DNA of 64,000 nt. Origin: a virus. The DNA lies in IMG/VR virus record IMGVR_UViG_3300029922_000015, positions 1 to 64,000 of that record. One strand, written 5' to 3'. Below are positions 55,606 to 64,000 of the stretch, piece by piece; the first letter of the stretch is position 1, and each line of letters starts with the position of its first letter. The notes under the pieces were generated by a model, which did not search any database, had not been told where the DNA came from, and was given only the letters and a program-made list of their open reading frames with translations. The translations under genes and the position numbers were made by a program.

Positions 55606-57251
55606 TAGCCCTCGCAAGCGATACAAGCTAAAAGATTTCTTCCTAATTCTTGAGCCGGATTAGTTCCGCGTTGATAATAAAAGGACTTAATTCCATTTTC
55701 CCATCCAAAAATAAGAAGCTGATTTACATCCTTAACTGAAGTTTTAGGATGAATCATCAAATTAAGAGATTGAGATTGGTCTATGTATTTTTGTCTAGCT
55801 ACGGCTTGAATTACAATTTCTTTTTGGCTGATTTCCCCGAATGTCTTAAACACTTCCTTTTCCGTATCTGATAGAAACGATAAATGCTGTACTGAGCCGC
55901 CCTTAACAAGAATTCCATTCCAAATTTCGGGGGTGTTTTTTTCATATTTTTTAAGGACTTGTTTTAGATGCCAATTCTTGAATGTGAATTTCCCTTTCGC
56001 TAAGTCCTTAACGAAATAATTGCTATTTAAAGGCTCAATTGAAGGGGATACTTGACCGAGAATGAACGAGCTAGAAGTTGTCGGCGCGACAGCCATTCGA
56101 GTAACATTTCTCAGTCCGTACCCCTTCAAGAGTTCGGGTTCTCCAAATTGTTCGGCCATTTCCTTAGACGCTTTTAACGTTCTATCATTTATAGCTTTCC
56201 AAATTTCAACATTTAGAAACTTCGCGGGCATCGATTCAAAGGGAATCATTTTGCGCTGCAATAAAGAATGCCAGCCTAGAACACCCAATCCTAATGCTCT
56301 TTGAGTCTTGGCGAAATTGTGAGCCGGAGCCATGTACTGAATTTTTTCAGTCTTATCGATATACTCAGTCATCACCGCGTCTAGGAAATAAGTTAACGTT
56401 TCAATAGCGTCCGTTTCCTTGATTTCGTCCCAATGTAACAAATTTAATGAAGATAGGTTGCAAACAAAACTATCCGTCGGCGAAGAATGCAAGGCTATCT
56501 CCGAGCACAGATTGGAAGCGTAAATCTTTAACCCCTTGTCTTTGTAAACTTCAGGAGCGCGTTTATTTACATTATCAGTAAAGAATAAATAAGGATAGCC
56601 AGATTCGAAACGCTTTTGAATGACCTTAGCCCAAATATCGCGCTTCTTTTTATCGCCTTCTATCATTTCCTTCATCCATTTATCAGAAATACAAATACCA
56701 ATACTCATGGCTTGGATTGGATTTCCCTCCCCTCGGATTTGGAGAAATTCTAAGATATCAGGATGTTCAATCGGAAGATAAGCCGCGAAGGAGCCTCTGC
56801 GAACGGATGATTGAGATACAACGTTTGTTACCGTATCAAACAACTGCATAAAGTGGACAGGGCCACTGGATTCTCCACCAACACTAATTTTCGCGCCTCG
56901 TTCTCTCAAAGCTCCGAAATAAGCAGAAGTACCCGCTCCATGCTTTGTCATCATACCAACTTCGGCTTGTTTTTCGAGAATAGAATCTAGGGTATCATCT
57001 ATGTAACTTCCATTGCAAGAACAAGGTAATCCTCGCTTGTTTCCAAAGTTTACCCAAACTGGAGTAGATAGGCTAAAATAGCCTTTTTTCATATACCCTT
57101 CGAACTTGTGAGCAAAGCCTTTAATACCAAGAATTTTCTCAGCCGTTCTAGCTATATGATGAATTCTTTGTTCCGGTTCTTCTCCTTCCGCTAGGTAGTC
57201 TCGATTTAAGAAAGTGCGCGAATCCCGATTAAGCCAATAGTAGTCTTCCAT
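55605..57251 (-). CDS. nrdA: Class I ribonucleotide reductase alpha subunit, no ATP cone
   Basis: STPV, PCSC, RRGSFAAY, SNLCSEI, VCNLSS, APTTSSS, SFYYQR, C-terminal CIAC. Confidence 0.95.
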   Translation of the reverse strand: MEDYYWLNRDSRTFLNRDYLAEGEEPEQRIHHIARTAEKILGIKGFAHKFEGYMKKGYFSLSTPVWVNFGNKRGLPCSCNGSYIDDTLDSILEKQAEVGMMTKHGAGTSAYFGALRERGAKISVGGESSGPVHFMQLFDTVTNVVSQSSVRRGSFAAYLPIEHPDILEFLQIRGEGNPIQAMSIGICISDKWMKEMIEGDKKKRDIWAKVIQKRFESGYPYLFFTDNVNKRAPEVYKDKGLKIYASNLCSEIALHSSPTDSFVCNLSSLNLLHWDEIKETDAIETLTYFLDAVMTEYIDKTEKIQYMAPAHNFAKTQRALGLGVLGWHSLLQRKMIPFESMPAKFLNVEIWKAINDRTLKASKEMAEQFGEPELLKGYGLRNVTRMAVAPTTSSSFILGQVSPSIEPLNSNYFVKDLAKGKFTFKNWHLKQVLKKYEKNTPEIWNGILVKGGSVQHLSFLSDTEKEVFKTFGEISQKEIVIQAVARQKYIDQSQSLNLMIHPKTSVKDVNQLLIFGWENGIKSFYYQRGTNPAQELGRNLLACIACEG

Positions 57252-57253
57252 AA

Positions 57254-58096
57254 TTAGTAAACAATGTCTCTTACAACGTCATCGATGGCAATGTTATCAC
57301 AGCCTCCGCCCGCGTAAAAATTAGTTGCGAGGTTATTAAAATTTGTGGGAGCCAACGCTAAGTGATTAGAATGATGATTGGGCAACCAGTTTGTTATCAA
57401 CGAAATCTGTTTTATTCCCAAGGCTCCCATTGCCCATGAAAATCCAGAATCGGTTCCTATATAAATTTGGCAATTCGAAGCTAAACGAATTTGTTCTATT
57501 AAGGACAAATCATTATAGATTCTGTGAGCACAAGGGATATGTTCGTCATTCGGATGTCCGAATTGAAGAATGTAAAATCCTTTTCTAATCAATTTATTAG
57601 ATAATTCGTTCCACCATCTAGTTGAAGGGGAGCGATGTTTGTCCTTACTATACCCCGCTGTGGTATGAATGGCAACGGTCTGATATTTAGCCTTAATCTC
57701 CCAAAGAGGTTTTAAAGTAGGAGTTTGTAATGTCTTAGGCAAAGATTGAAAAGCTTCAAAATATTGCTCGCCCGCCATTAGTATAGTTTCCTCAACACAA
57801 TTGCGATAATTGTACCAGTCGGGTTCGCGCGGATGGTTTGGGGTTGGGTTAATAAATAAGTCAAATTTATTCTTGATCCAAATATGTTCTGCGTCGTTTA
57901 GCCATTCTTCATCTCTGGTAATATAGATAGAATCGATTCCGGGCTGATCGATATATAACGGGGAAGCCTGAATGCATTTTCTGCAAATCGGCCACGTTAA
58001 ATCAATATCTCCATACATTGATTGCAATGTTGGAATTAACGGGAGACACATTAGAGAGTCTCCGATGAGCCCGCCACGCCCGCCAAAAATCTTCAT
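57254..58096 (-). CDS. GT9-like glycosyltransferase
   Basis: GLIGDSLM; YIGTDSGFSWAMGALG. Confidence 0.75.
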   Translation of the reverse strand: MKIFGGRGGLIGDSLMCLPLIPTLQSMYGDIDLTWPICRKCIQASPLYIDQPGIDSIYITRDEEWLNDAEHIWIKNKFDLFINPTPNHPREPDWYNYRNCVEETILMAGEQYFEAFQSLPKTLQTPTLKPLWEIKAKYQTVAIHTTAGYSKDKHRSPSTRWWNELSNKLIRKGFYILQFGHPNDEHIPCAHRIYNDLSLIEQIRLASNCQIYIGTDSGFSWAMGALGIKQISLITNWLPNHHSNHLALAPTNFNNLATNFYAGGGCDNIAIDDVVRDIVY

Positions 58097-58743
58097 AGTT
58101 TTTCTTTCGGAATTAGAATACGACCAGTGTGTGTTTTAGGAACTGGATTATAGTCGCCCATAATTTCATTACCATTATTGTCTAGCATAATATAATCGTG
58201 CTTTTTTAAATCATTGAAATCAAATCCGCCCTCATCGGGATATAACCAATGAGGATTATCTTTGTAGTTTTGGGGCTCGATTCCTCGCGGGGCGACGTGA
58301 ACCTCTACGAAAATAATTGGGCGAGAGGAAGTAAATAGGAAATCAAAGGTATTCAATAACATACTCTCCATACCCTCAATATCAATCTTAACGAAATCCG
58401 GTAAAAGGAGATTATTTTCGTCAATGAAATCTCTTAGAATAACGTATTTAATTGGTTGCTCTCCATCTTGAGGCACTGGTTTTCTAGAGTCTGTGCAATC
58501 TCTAAAACGAGTAATACATTCATATGATTTTGTATGTAATGCTACCTTATAGCAATAAACAGAAAGGTTCTTTTTTGTATTCTCCGCCAATTCATCGAAA
58601 TTATTATTAGAAGGCTCGAAAGCATAAACAGGTTTAGCTCCCAACTTAGCAAAGTAATTTGCATGTTCTCCTATAAATGCTCCGATATCATAAACAATGG
58701 AATCGGGCTTTACATATTTATCGTATATTTGAAAATCGTTCAT
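58093..58743 (-). CDS. FkbM-family SAM methyltransferase
   Basis: YDIGAFIG, YAFEP, VKIDIEGME. Confidence 0.9.
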   Translation of the reverse strand: MNDFQIYDKYVKPDSIVYDIGAFIGEHANYFAKLGAKPVYAFEPSNNNFDELAENTKKNLSVYCYKVALHTKSYECITRFRDCTDSRKPVPQDGEQPIKYVILRDFIDENNLLLPDFVKIDIEGMESMLLNTFDFLFTSSRPIIFVEVHVAPRGIEPQNYKDNPHWLYPDEGGFDFNDLKKHDYIMLDNNGNEIMGDYNPVPKTHTGRILIPKEKL

Positions 58744-59921
58744 ATATTATTTAATATTTTGCAAAGACTATCGATGTCTTTATATTGTAACTTTTTAGAC
58801 AAACCTACATAGAATCCATGCTCGTGAACCCACAAAGCATTTTTGAAACTTTCTTTATGATATCGTTTTAAAGGAGGTTGTAAAGTAATGCAACTTCCGA
58901 TAATGGGGCGCGTTTCCCATCCCGCCGAATTCAAAATCTCCTTGCAACGAGGCATCTTTCTGTCTAATCTAAGAATAGGAAGGGAAAATAGAATATGTTG
59001 GGCTGCTTGTCCGGTTATAATAGAATAAGGTAACGTATATAAGCTTTTATTAAGTTCATTATAAAAACGCCAACCCATTAATTTACTATGATTTTTACTA
59101 CTATCTATTCTTTCGAAATCTTGTAAAGCGAACATAGCATTTAAGTCTGTAGTCCGCCAATTCGTCCCTAGCGTAGCAAAAAGGAATTGTTTATCGAAAG
59201 TAAAATTATCGTGTTCTAAAGCTCGACGCCACTCATTCTTCTCTCCTAAAGATCGAATAAGACCATGATTTCTTAAAGTTTTTCCAAACTCGTAATCTTC
59301 TGAGTTTTCAAAGAAAACAAACCCCATTTCAATTCCGTTCAATTGATGAGCGTGATAGGCGCTTAAGGATGTCAGTCTGGTTTGCGATAAAATAGAACAT
59401 CCATCATAATTGGAATATAAATTCTCGCAAGAATCCAACCACAATTCCGCCTTATACTTCGAAGCCAAAGACTTTAAGATATTAAAATCTGGACAAAAAC
59501 CAATTAAGGCGGTCGGCCAAATAATACAATTCTTGTTTTTATTCGCTTTTAAAATTTCTTCGAGCATGTTATAATCGAACGAGAAATCTTCGAGATTAAT
59601 ATCGCAAAACTCTACTTTATATCCAGACATAATAGCTGGAGAAACGCTACTCATCCAAGTAACGGCGGGCGCGATAACTAGAGCTTTCTTAAATTTATTA
59701 GGATACTTTTGTTTCCAAAGCTCAAAAATCAAATGATTGGCCGCGCTTCCGCTAGAAACCGCCAAACAAAGACGACCATATTTGTGCATCATCTTTCCTT
59801 CTAACTCGGCTACTTTGTCGCCCATAGTTAAACGATTTTCTTTGCTTAAAATAAAAGCAGAAATTCTTAGCCTATCCGCATAAGTAAACGGATCGGTTTG
59901 TAATGGATACTTAAACTTCAT
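58740..59921 (-). CDS. DegT/DnrJ-family PLP enzyme, ColD/E1-like 3-dehydratase
   Basis: VSSGSAAN, APAVTW, LDSCEN; SAYHAHQLNGIEMG has His where aminotransferases have the PLP Lys. Confidence 0.8.
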   Translation of the reverse strand: MKFKYPLQTDPFTYADRLRISAFILSKENRLTMGDKVAELEGKMMHKYGRLCLAVSSGSAANHLIFELWKQKYPNKFKKALVIAPAVTWMSSVSPAIMSGYKVEFCDINLEDFSFDYNMLEEILKANKNKNCIIWPTALIGFCPDFNILKSLASKYKAELWLDSCENLYSNYDGCSILSQTRLTSLSAYHAHQLNGIEMGFVFFENSEDYEFGKTLRNHGLIRSLGEKNEWRRALEHDNFTFDKQFLFATLGTNWRTTDLNAMFALQDFERIDSSKNHSKLMGWRFYNELNKSLYTLPYSIITGQAAQHILFSLPILRLDRKMPRCKEILNSAGWETRPIIGSCITLQPPLKRYHKESFKNALWVHEHGFYVGLSKKLQYKDIDSLCKILNNI

Positions 59922-60306
59922 TATATTTGCCTGTTTTGAATTCAGTCACGTCAGAATCAAAAAATTTTTGTTGAAGTTTTTTCTTACATTCATATCTCAA
60001 CAAATTAAGTTGAGCCACTTCATAAGCCGAAACATGATTCCCTTTGGTTTCATCTTCCGCTATATCAACGGATTTGAATACTTCAAAATTAGCATCACGC
60101 AAAGCGCGATATTCGGGAGAAGTCTTTATTTTCCAATATAAATCTCCTAATTGTTCTTGTAGCTCCATAAACATTTGTATTTCGGCGGTAGAAACCTGCT
60201 TCCATTTTTCCAAATCTCGGACGCAATCTAATTTGGACATTTTAACTTCAAGAATCGAAAGCATATCAAAACATGCAGCCGCATCTATACTTATTTTCAG
60301 TTTCAT
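59911..60306 (-). CDS. Hypothetical helical protein of the type found beside glycosyltransferase genes
   Basis: FDMLSILEVK...LRDAN...LNLLRYECKKKL. Confidence 0.55.
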   Translation of the reverse strand: MKLKISIDAAACFDMLSILEVKMSKLDCVRDLEKWKQVSTAEIQMFMELQEQLGDLYWKIKTSPEYRALRDANFEVFKSVDIAEDETKGNHVSAYEVAQLNLLRYECKKKLQQKFFDSDVTEFKTGKYNEV

Positions 60307-61274
60307 TAAAATAATTCCTCTCCATTAAAAGACTTGCCCTTCTTCGCGTATTCGGTCGGGCGCTTATGGAAAAAGTCCGTTGCGCTATTTCCTAAAACAT
60401 CTTCATCAAACCATACCAATGCTGGATAATCGATATCTTCTATAAACAAAGCGTCAAACCCGATTTGAACCAAGGATTCGTTGATTCTTTTTTTAACAAA
60501 AGCTTTGAGAATTTCCGCGTCCAATCCTTGAGCCTTGAAATCGCCAACAATCCAATCAATCATTCTAGATTCCGCTTTGAACGCCTCGTTAGCTTCATGC
60601 GAAACGATTTCACTTAATTCCTTGTCAAACAATTCTGGATGTTCTTTGCGAATCGTATTGATTAGTTTAATGCCGACTTGAGCGTGGATAAGTTCTTCTT
60701 TCTTTGTATAATCAACTTGTTGACCAGTATCTTTAAGTACGTTCTTGTAACGGTTAAACCAAAGGATAATATAGAACTGACTGAATAAGGACACATTTTC
60801 GATAAATAAGGTAAATAGAATTAATGAATAGACGTACTGCTTCTTGGAATCTTTATAGTATTTGTGAAGGTATTTGCGGAGATAATTAACGCGCCCTTGA
60901 ACGACTTCCAGTTTCAGGTTTTCCTCGAAAATATCCTCCAAGCCAAGTATGGACAAAAGGCGCTCATAGGCTTCGTTGTGGATAACTTCTACGTTTGCCA
61001 TCACATAACCCAAGTCGGTTAGCGCGGGATGCGGCAAATTATCGCCGAGCTTCGCCCAAAACTTCTTGACCGCAACTTCAATCTGGCCGATTGCAGAGAG
61101 AGTTTTGACGACGATATCTCGTTCTTCTTCGGTGAGTTTAGTCTTAAATTCTTGAATGTCTGACTGAAAGGAAAATTCATTGCTTGTCCAAAATCCATTA
61201 TGCATACTTTCGATGAACTCCCTAGTCCAAGGATAGTGATTAGGCTTGCGAGATATTTGTTCTTCGAAAATCAT
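60306..61274 (-). CDS. nrdB: Ribonucleotide reductase beta subunit (class Id-like)
   Basis: E66, K70, E96xxH99, Y103, ENVSLFSQF, EELIH, DFFHKRPTEY. Confidence 0.92.
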   Translation of the reverse strand: MIFEEQISRKPNHYPWTREFIESMHNGFWTSNEFSFQSDIQEFKTKLTEEERDIVVKTLSAIGQIEVAVKKFWAKLGDNLPHPALTDLGYVMANVEVIHNEAYERLLSILGLEDIFEENLKLEVVQGRVNYLRKYLHKYYKDSKKQYVYSLILFTLFIENVSLFSQFYIILWFNRYKNVLKDTGQQVDYTKKEELIHAQVGIKLINTIRKEHPELFDKELSEIVSHEANEAFKAESRMIDWIVGDFKAQGLDAEILKAFVKKRINESLVQIGFDALFIEDIDYPALVWFDEDVLGNSATDFFHKRPTEYAKKGKSFNGEELF

Positions 61275-61634
61275 TTACTTCTTATCTGCGCGTTCTTGAG
61301 CTTGTTCGTTGGAATACGCTCCTTTATGAAATCGCTTTGAAAGTTTTGCGACGTTTTCTGCTAAGATTTCGTCTCGATTTATACCAAGAATCTGTCTAAG
61401 ACCTTCCATAAAAAATTCTAAATCCCCTAGTTCTTCTCTTATGTTAATAATATCTAGTGGCTTTTGATATACGGTGTGTTTTTTGATTGCATCTAAAATT
61501 TCTCCAGCTTCTCCCGAAATTCCTTTTGCCATGTGATCTAAGTCTGCTTGTTCTGGAGTTAATTCTTTAAGAATTTCAGTTCCGGGCTTGCGCAATTTGC
61601 GCACCATATCTGCGTGATCGACGAATGTATTCAT
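61275..61634 (-). CDS. MazG-like NTP pyrophosphohydrolase
   Basis: GISGEAGEILDAIKK...EELGDLEFF...NVAKLSKRF. Confidence 0.85.
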   Translation of the reverse strand: MNTFVDHADMVRKLRKPGTEILKELTPEQADLDHMAKGISGEAGEILDAIKKHTVYQKPLDIINIREELGDLEFFMEGLRQILGINRDEILAENVAKLSKRFHKGAYSNEQAQERADKK

Positions 61635-61702
61635 AGGGGTAGGTATATTTACAGTTGAAAAATTTCTGACAAAACAAAAAGACTAACAAACAAACTTTAA
61701 TA

Positions 61703-62053
61703 CTAAGGCGCGATCTTAGGGGTGTAGCGTCGGCCCTTGCGAGTGGCGGAATAATTTTCTTCGGATTTTTTACGCAAAGGATCAATGCCGCCCGCTTCGC
61801 TCGCTCGCTTCTCGCTTAATTCGCGTGAACGATCCCAAATATCTCCGACATTTCCTTTGGCGTTTTTTGTCTTTTCTACGAAATGATTTTGGCTCCAACA
61901 ATTAATCTTTCCATCGACGCGGGCTTGTGGGACAGAGAAAATTCTAGTCCATTCAAGCCCGTCTCCATCTATATAAACATGTTCTTCGGTCATTCGAAGA
62001 ATTACTTCTTTAACTTCTCCTGTAATAGGGTTCTGAAAATCGTATGCTGGCAT
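61703..62053 (-). CDS. FmdB-like protein (Zn-ribbon Cys lost)
   Basis: MPAYDFQNPITGEVKEV; start at 62053 by TAATG coupling. Confidence 0.55.
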   Translation of the reverse strand: MPAYDFQNPITGEVKEVILRMTEEHVYIDGDGLEWTRIFSVPQARVDGKINCWSQNHFVEKTKNAKGNVGDIWDRSRELSEKRASEAGGIDPLRKKSEENYSATRKGRRYTPKIAP

Positions 62054-62331
62054 TAGATTTCTCCCTCGCAAGGAACTAAAATATTTAATACGTTGCAATA
62101 AGGACAGCGTTCTCCCGTGCCATCCATATATTCCTTTCGAGCCGTCCAATTTAAATGACAATAACCACAATTTAATAAAACTGTAAACTCTCGATTCCAA
62201 ATCATTTTTCTAGCCCTCCAACCGTAAGACCAAACTCTTTCTGGCTTACTTGGTTGAATCTCCAATGGATTATATCGAACGGGCTCAGTCTGAACCTCAC
62301 AACATCCGCTAATTGGTAACAAATTTTCCAT
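62053..62331 (-). CDS. Small Zn-finger protein
   Basis: CGYC...CPYC; start MENLL at 62331. Confidence 0.5.
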   Translation of the reverse strand: MENLLPISGCCEVQTEPVRYNPLEIQPSKPERVWSYGWRARKMIWNREFTVLLNCGYCHLNWTARKEYMDGTGERCPYCNVLNILVPCEGEI

Positions 62332-62332
62332 G

Positions 62333-62524
62333 CTATTCTTTCTCCATTTCCATCCAATTAGCAAAACGAGACATCCACTCCTCGGCAAATTGTGGCTTTA
62401 CCCAAGATGGATAATCGTTCATATTTTTTACAAACCCACGGATACCCTTTTCTACTTCTTCTTGAAATCGTTCTATTGTTATCTTATCTGGATAACACAT
62501 TTCTGTCATTTCAACTCTTGCCAT
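62333..62524 (-). CDS. Hypothetical protein
   Basis: Start MARVE at 62524, coupled to the upstream stop. Confidence 0.5.
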   Translation of the reverse strand: MARVEMTEMCYPDKITIERFQEEVEKGIRGFVKNMNDYPSWVKPQFAEEWMSRFANWMEMEKE

Positions 62525-62838
62525 TATAAATACTCCACTAATAAATTCTTTTCTTGCATTTGTTCCTCCACCCATTCTTCAACCGTTTGTTTGTTCTCAA
62601 TCTCGCTCATTCGAATCCCGCACCAACTTTTGAAGCGAGGATCACTACATAGGGCCGTAAACGCCGCAGAACGGTTCCTGTGCTGTTCTCTATGATCCTG
62701 ACAGTATTTACTGACTTTGGACGGCTCGTGCGTTATACGGCACGCAGAAGAGGTTTTCTGCTTTTTCTGTCCGCCGTTGCCGTGACCACGTAAATACTCA
62801 ATCTTAAAATCTTTTGCTGTCAGACGAAATCCTGCCAT
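62524..62838 (-). CDS. Stand-alone GGQ peptidyl-tRNA hydrolase domain (ArfB/PrfH-like)
   Basis: RGHGNGGQKKQKTSSACRITHEPS...CQDHREQHRNR. Confidence 0.85.
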   Translation of the reverse strand: MAGFRLTAKDFKIEYLRGHGNGGQKKQKTSSACRITHEPSKVSKYCQDHREQHRNRSAAFTALCSDPRFKSWCGIRMSEIENKQTVEEWVEEQMQEKNLLVEYL

Positions 62839-62843
62839 AAAAG

Positions 62844-62872
62844 ATTATGGTAAAATTACTTGCTTCTTTCAA
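62844..62872 (-). promoter_or_regulatory. sigma70-like promoter, leaderless
   Basis: TTGAAA-17 nt-CATAAT, ATG 5 nt downstream. Confidence 0.65.
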
Positions 62873-62924
62873 CTAAAAGTTTTTTCAAACGTATAATTTT
62901 TTCCTTGCATTGGGGTTTTCTCAA

Positions 62925-63392
62925 TTATCTCCAATCTATAATGGTGATTTTACGTTTCTTATAAAACGTTTGCATTTTATTAAAAAACCAATGAGAAGCT
63001 TTATCGTGCCCAATGACAATCGGGCGTTGATATCTATTTTCTTTCATTAAGCGATGAAAGACATTAGAAGCAATGCCCATTTTACGATGGGCCGCATCCA
63101 CATAAAGCATAATAAGGATATCGCCCGATTCAAATAGGTCGGTATAACTACAGGATTTGCGACGTTTGGCTAGATTTTCAGTAGCTATGCCCCAAGCCAC
63201 GACGCGCTTTCCGACCATAACTATAATAATATTAAATCGTATCTTATTGGTACTCTTTAACTTACAATATAATTTGGAGTAATCTGCCAATAAAGAATCA
63301 TCACTGAACGCAAAGTGTTGATAGAGAAAGCGAACCAAATCTTTACTTGGCTTTTCGACACGAAGGAAGGTGATTTCGGGGGTAGATTTCAC
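62925..63392 (-). CDS. GNAT acetyltransferase
   Basis: LYVDAAHRKMGIAS acetyl-CoA motif; ASHWFF. Confidence 0.75.
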   Translation of the reverse strand: MKSTPEITFLRVEKPSKDLVRFLYQHFAFSDDSLLADYSKLYCKLKSTNKIRFNIIIVMVGKRVVAWGIATENLAKRRKSCSYTDLFESGDILIMLYVDAAHRKMGIASNVFHRLMKENRYQRPIVIGHDKASHWFFNKMQTFYKKRKITIIDWR

Positions 63393-63437
63393 ATAATCTA
63401 TTCAACTAAAAACACCCCTAAAGGAATAACTTTAAAT

Positions 63438-63471
63438 AAAAAAAAGACGCTGGCGGTTAAACCAGCGTCTT
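63438..63471 (-). terminator. Intrinsic terminator
   Basis: AAGACGCTGG-8 nt-CCAGCGTCTT followed by a T run on the - strand. Confidence 0.85.
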
Positions 63472-63507
63472 CCGAATGGTGTATCCACACACTCTAGGCG
63501 CGACCCT

Positions 63508-63999
63508 TTACTTATGAAGAAAATGACCCCAATCCTTATGGCGAGCTTCTTTAATAAAGAAGGAAATAGGCATCTTAGGAGGAGCTTTCGGCTTGCGAAT
63601 CAATTGCAAGCCCACTTCTTCGTTCGATCTGTTTCCCTTTCTAAAGTTGATTTCTTTATCGGTCAAAACAAGATTTCCCCAACTATTATCGCCGCCCTTG
63701 GATTTAGGTGTGACGTGATCAATAGAGGCTTGATGACGGCTAAGTTTCTTACCTGTATATTGGTCGATTCCGCCGTCTCGCTCGTAAATATTGGATTTAT
63801 TCGGGCTTTTTTCAACCATCGGCATTTTGTGATAGTCTATTGCAATGGTTACGGTTGGCGCTCTAAAGGCTCTGCAAGCGCCTTGAATCACACAATCGTA
63901 GTCTCGGATGGGTAGATTAATCCAATCGCTCCATTTGACGGGATAGATTTCTTTAGGATTATCGAAATCATACTCTCCTGTGATATTATTAATATCATA
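63508..63999 (-). CDS. McrA-like HNH endonuclease (5' partial)
   Basis: NIYERDGGIDQYTG...SIDHVTPKSKGG.NSWGNLV...IN..KGNR; frame is open to the window end. Confidence 0.85.
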   Translation of the reverse strand, partial: YDINNITGEYDFDNPKEIYPVKWSDWINLPIRDYDCVIQGACRAFRAPTVTIAIDYHKMPMVEKSPNKSNIYERDGGIDQYTGKKLSRHQASIDHVTPKSKGGDNSWGNLVLTDKEINFRKGNRSNEEVGLQLIRKPKAPPKMPISFFIKEARHKDWGHFLHK

Positions 64000-64000
64000 A

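Noticed and set aside
33736-57251. Inteins or group I introns in dnaE, dnaB, recA, thyX or nrdA
   Set aside because: The proteins have normal lengths and contiguous motifs; the homing endonucleases here are free-standing.
1-64000. Alternative genetic code (stop-codon reassignment)
   Set aside because: Conserved genes are full length in code 11 and end in TAA, TAG or TGA; only one isolated in-frame TAA was found (45051-45053).
1-64000. Specific host assignment
   Set aside because: Leaderless promoters, a class Id-like RNR and CCWGG avoidance are only hints; naming a host needs homology or spacer searches that I cannot run.

Overview
The window is part of a large, AT-rich, probably lytic tailed dsDNA phage genome; no integrase, tRNA, rRNA or CRISPR array was seen. 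Positions 1-28.3 kb (+ strand) are a virion module: capsid, neck, tail tube, chaperones, a 2440-aa tape-measure protein and distal tail/fibre proteins. Positions 28.3-64 kb (- strand) carry glycosylation enzymes, replication genes (split DnaE, primase, DnaB, RecA, SSB-like), nucleotide metabolism (NrdAB, ThyX, dCMP deaminase, GuaC-like, MazG-like), a candidate lysis pair and several homing endonucleases. The best candidate for an undescribed system is at 31.5-33.2 kb. A transposase-free TnpB/Cas12f-like gene with an altered RuvC triad (D234/D332/H402) is accompanied by three copies of a 61-nt structured RNA: one upstream, one overlapping the stop codon and one downstream before a terminator. 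The copies show 9 compensatory base-pair changes across two stems and a pseudoknot, and each is followed by a short variable segment, which suggests a miniature multi-guide omegaRNA system. A second highlight is the tape-measure protein, which is punctuated by six GFVPNF(A)-like motifs that bracket an ATP-grasp enzyme domain, suggesting a processed, injected polyprotein. Other observations: a GTGTAA late-promoter motif, many leaderless sigma70 promoters, a Gmd+ColD-like sugar pathway alongside Ser/Thr-Gly-rich virion proteins, a receiver-domain membrane protein beside a 3D-domain lysin, and apparent absence of CCWGG. All calls come from motif recognition by eye; no database searches were run.
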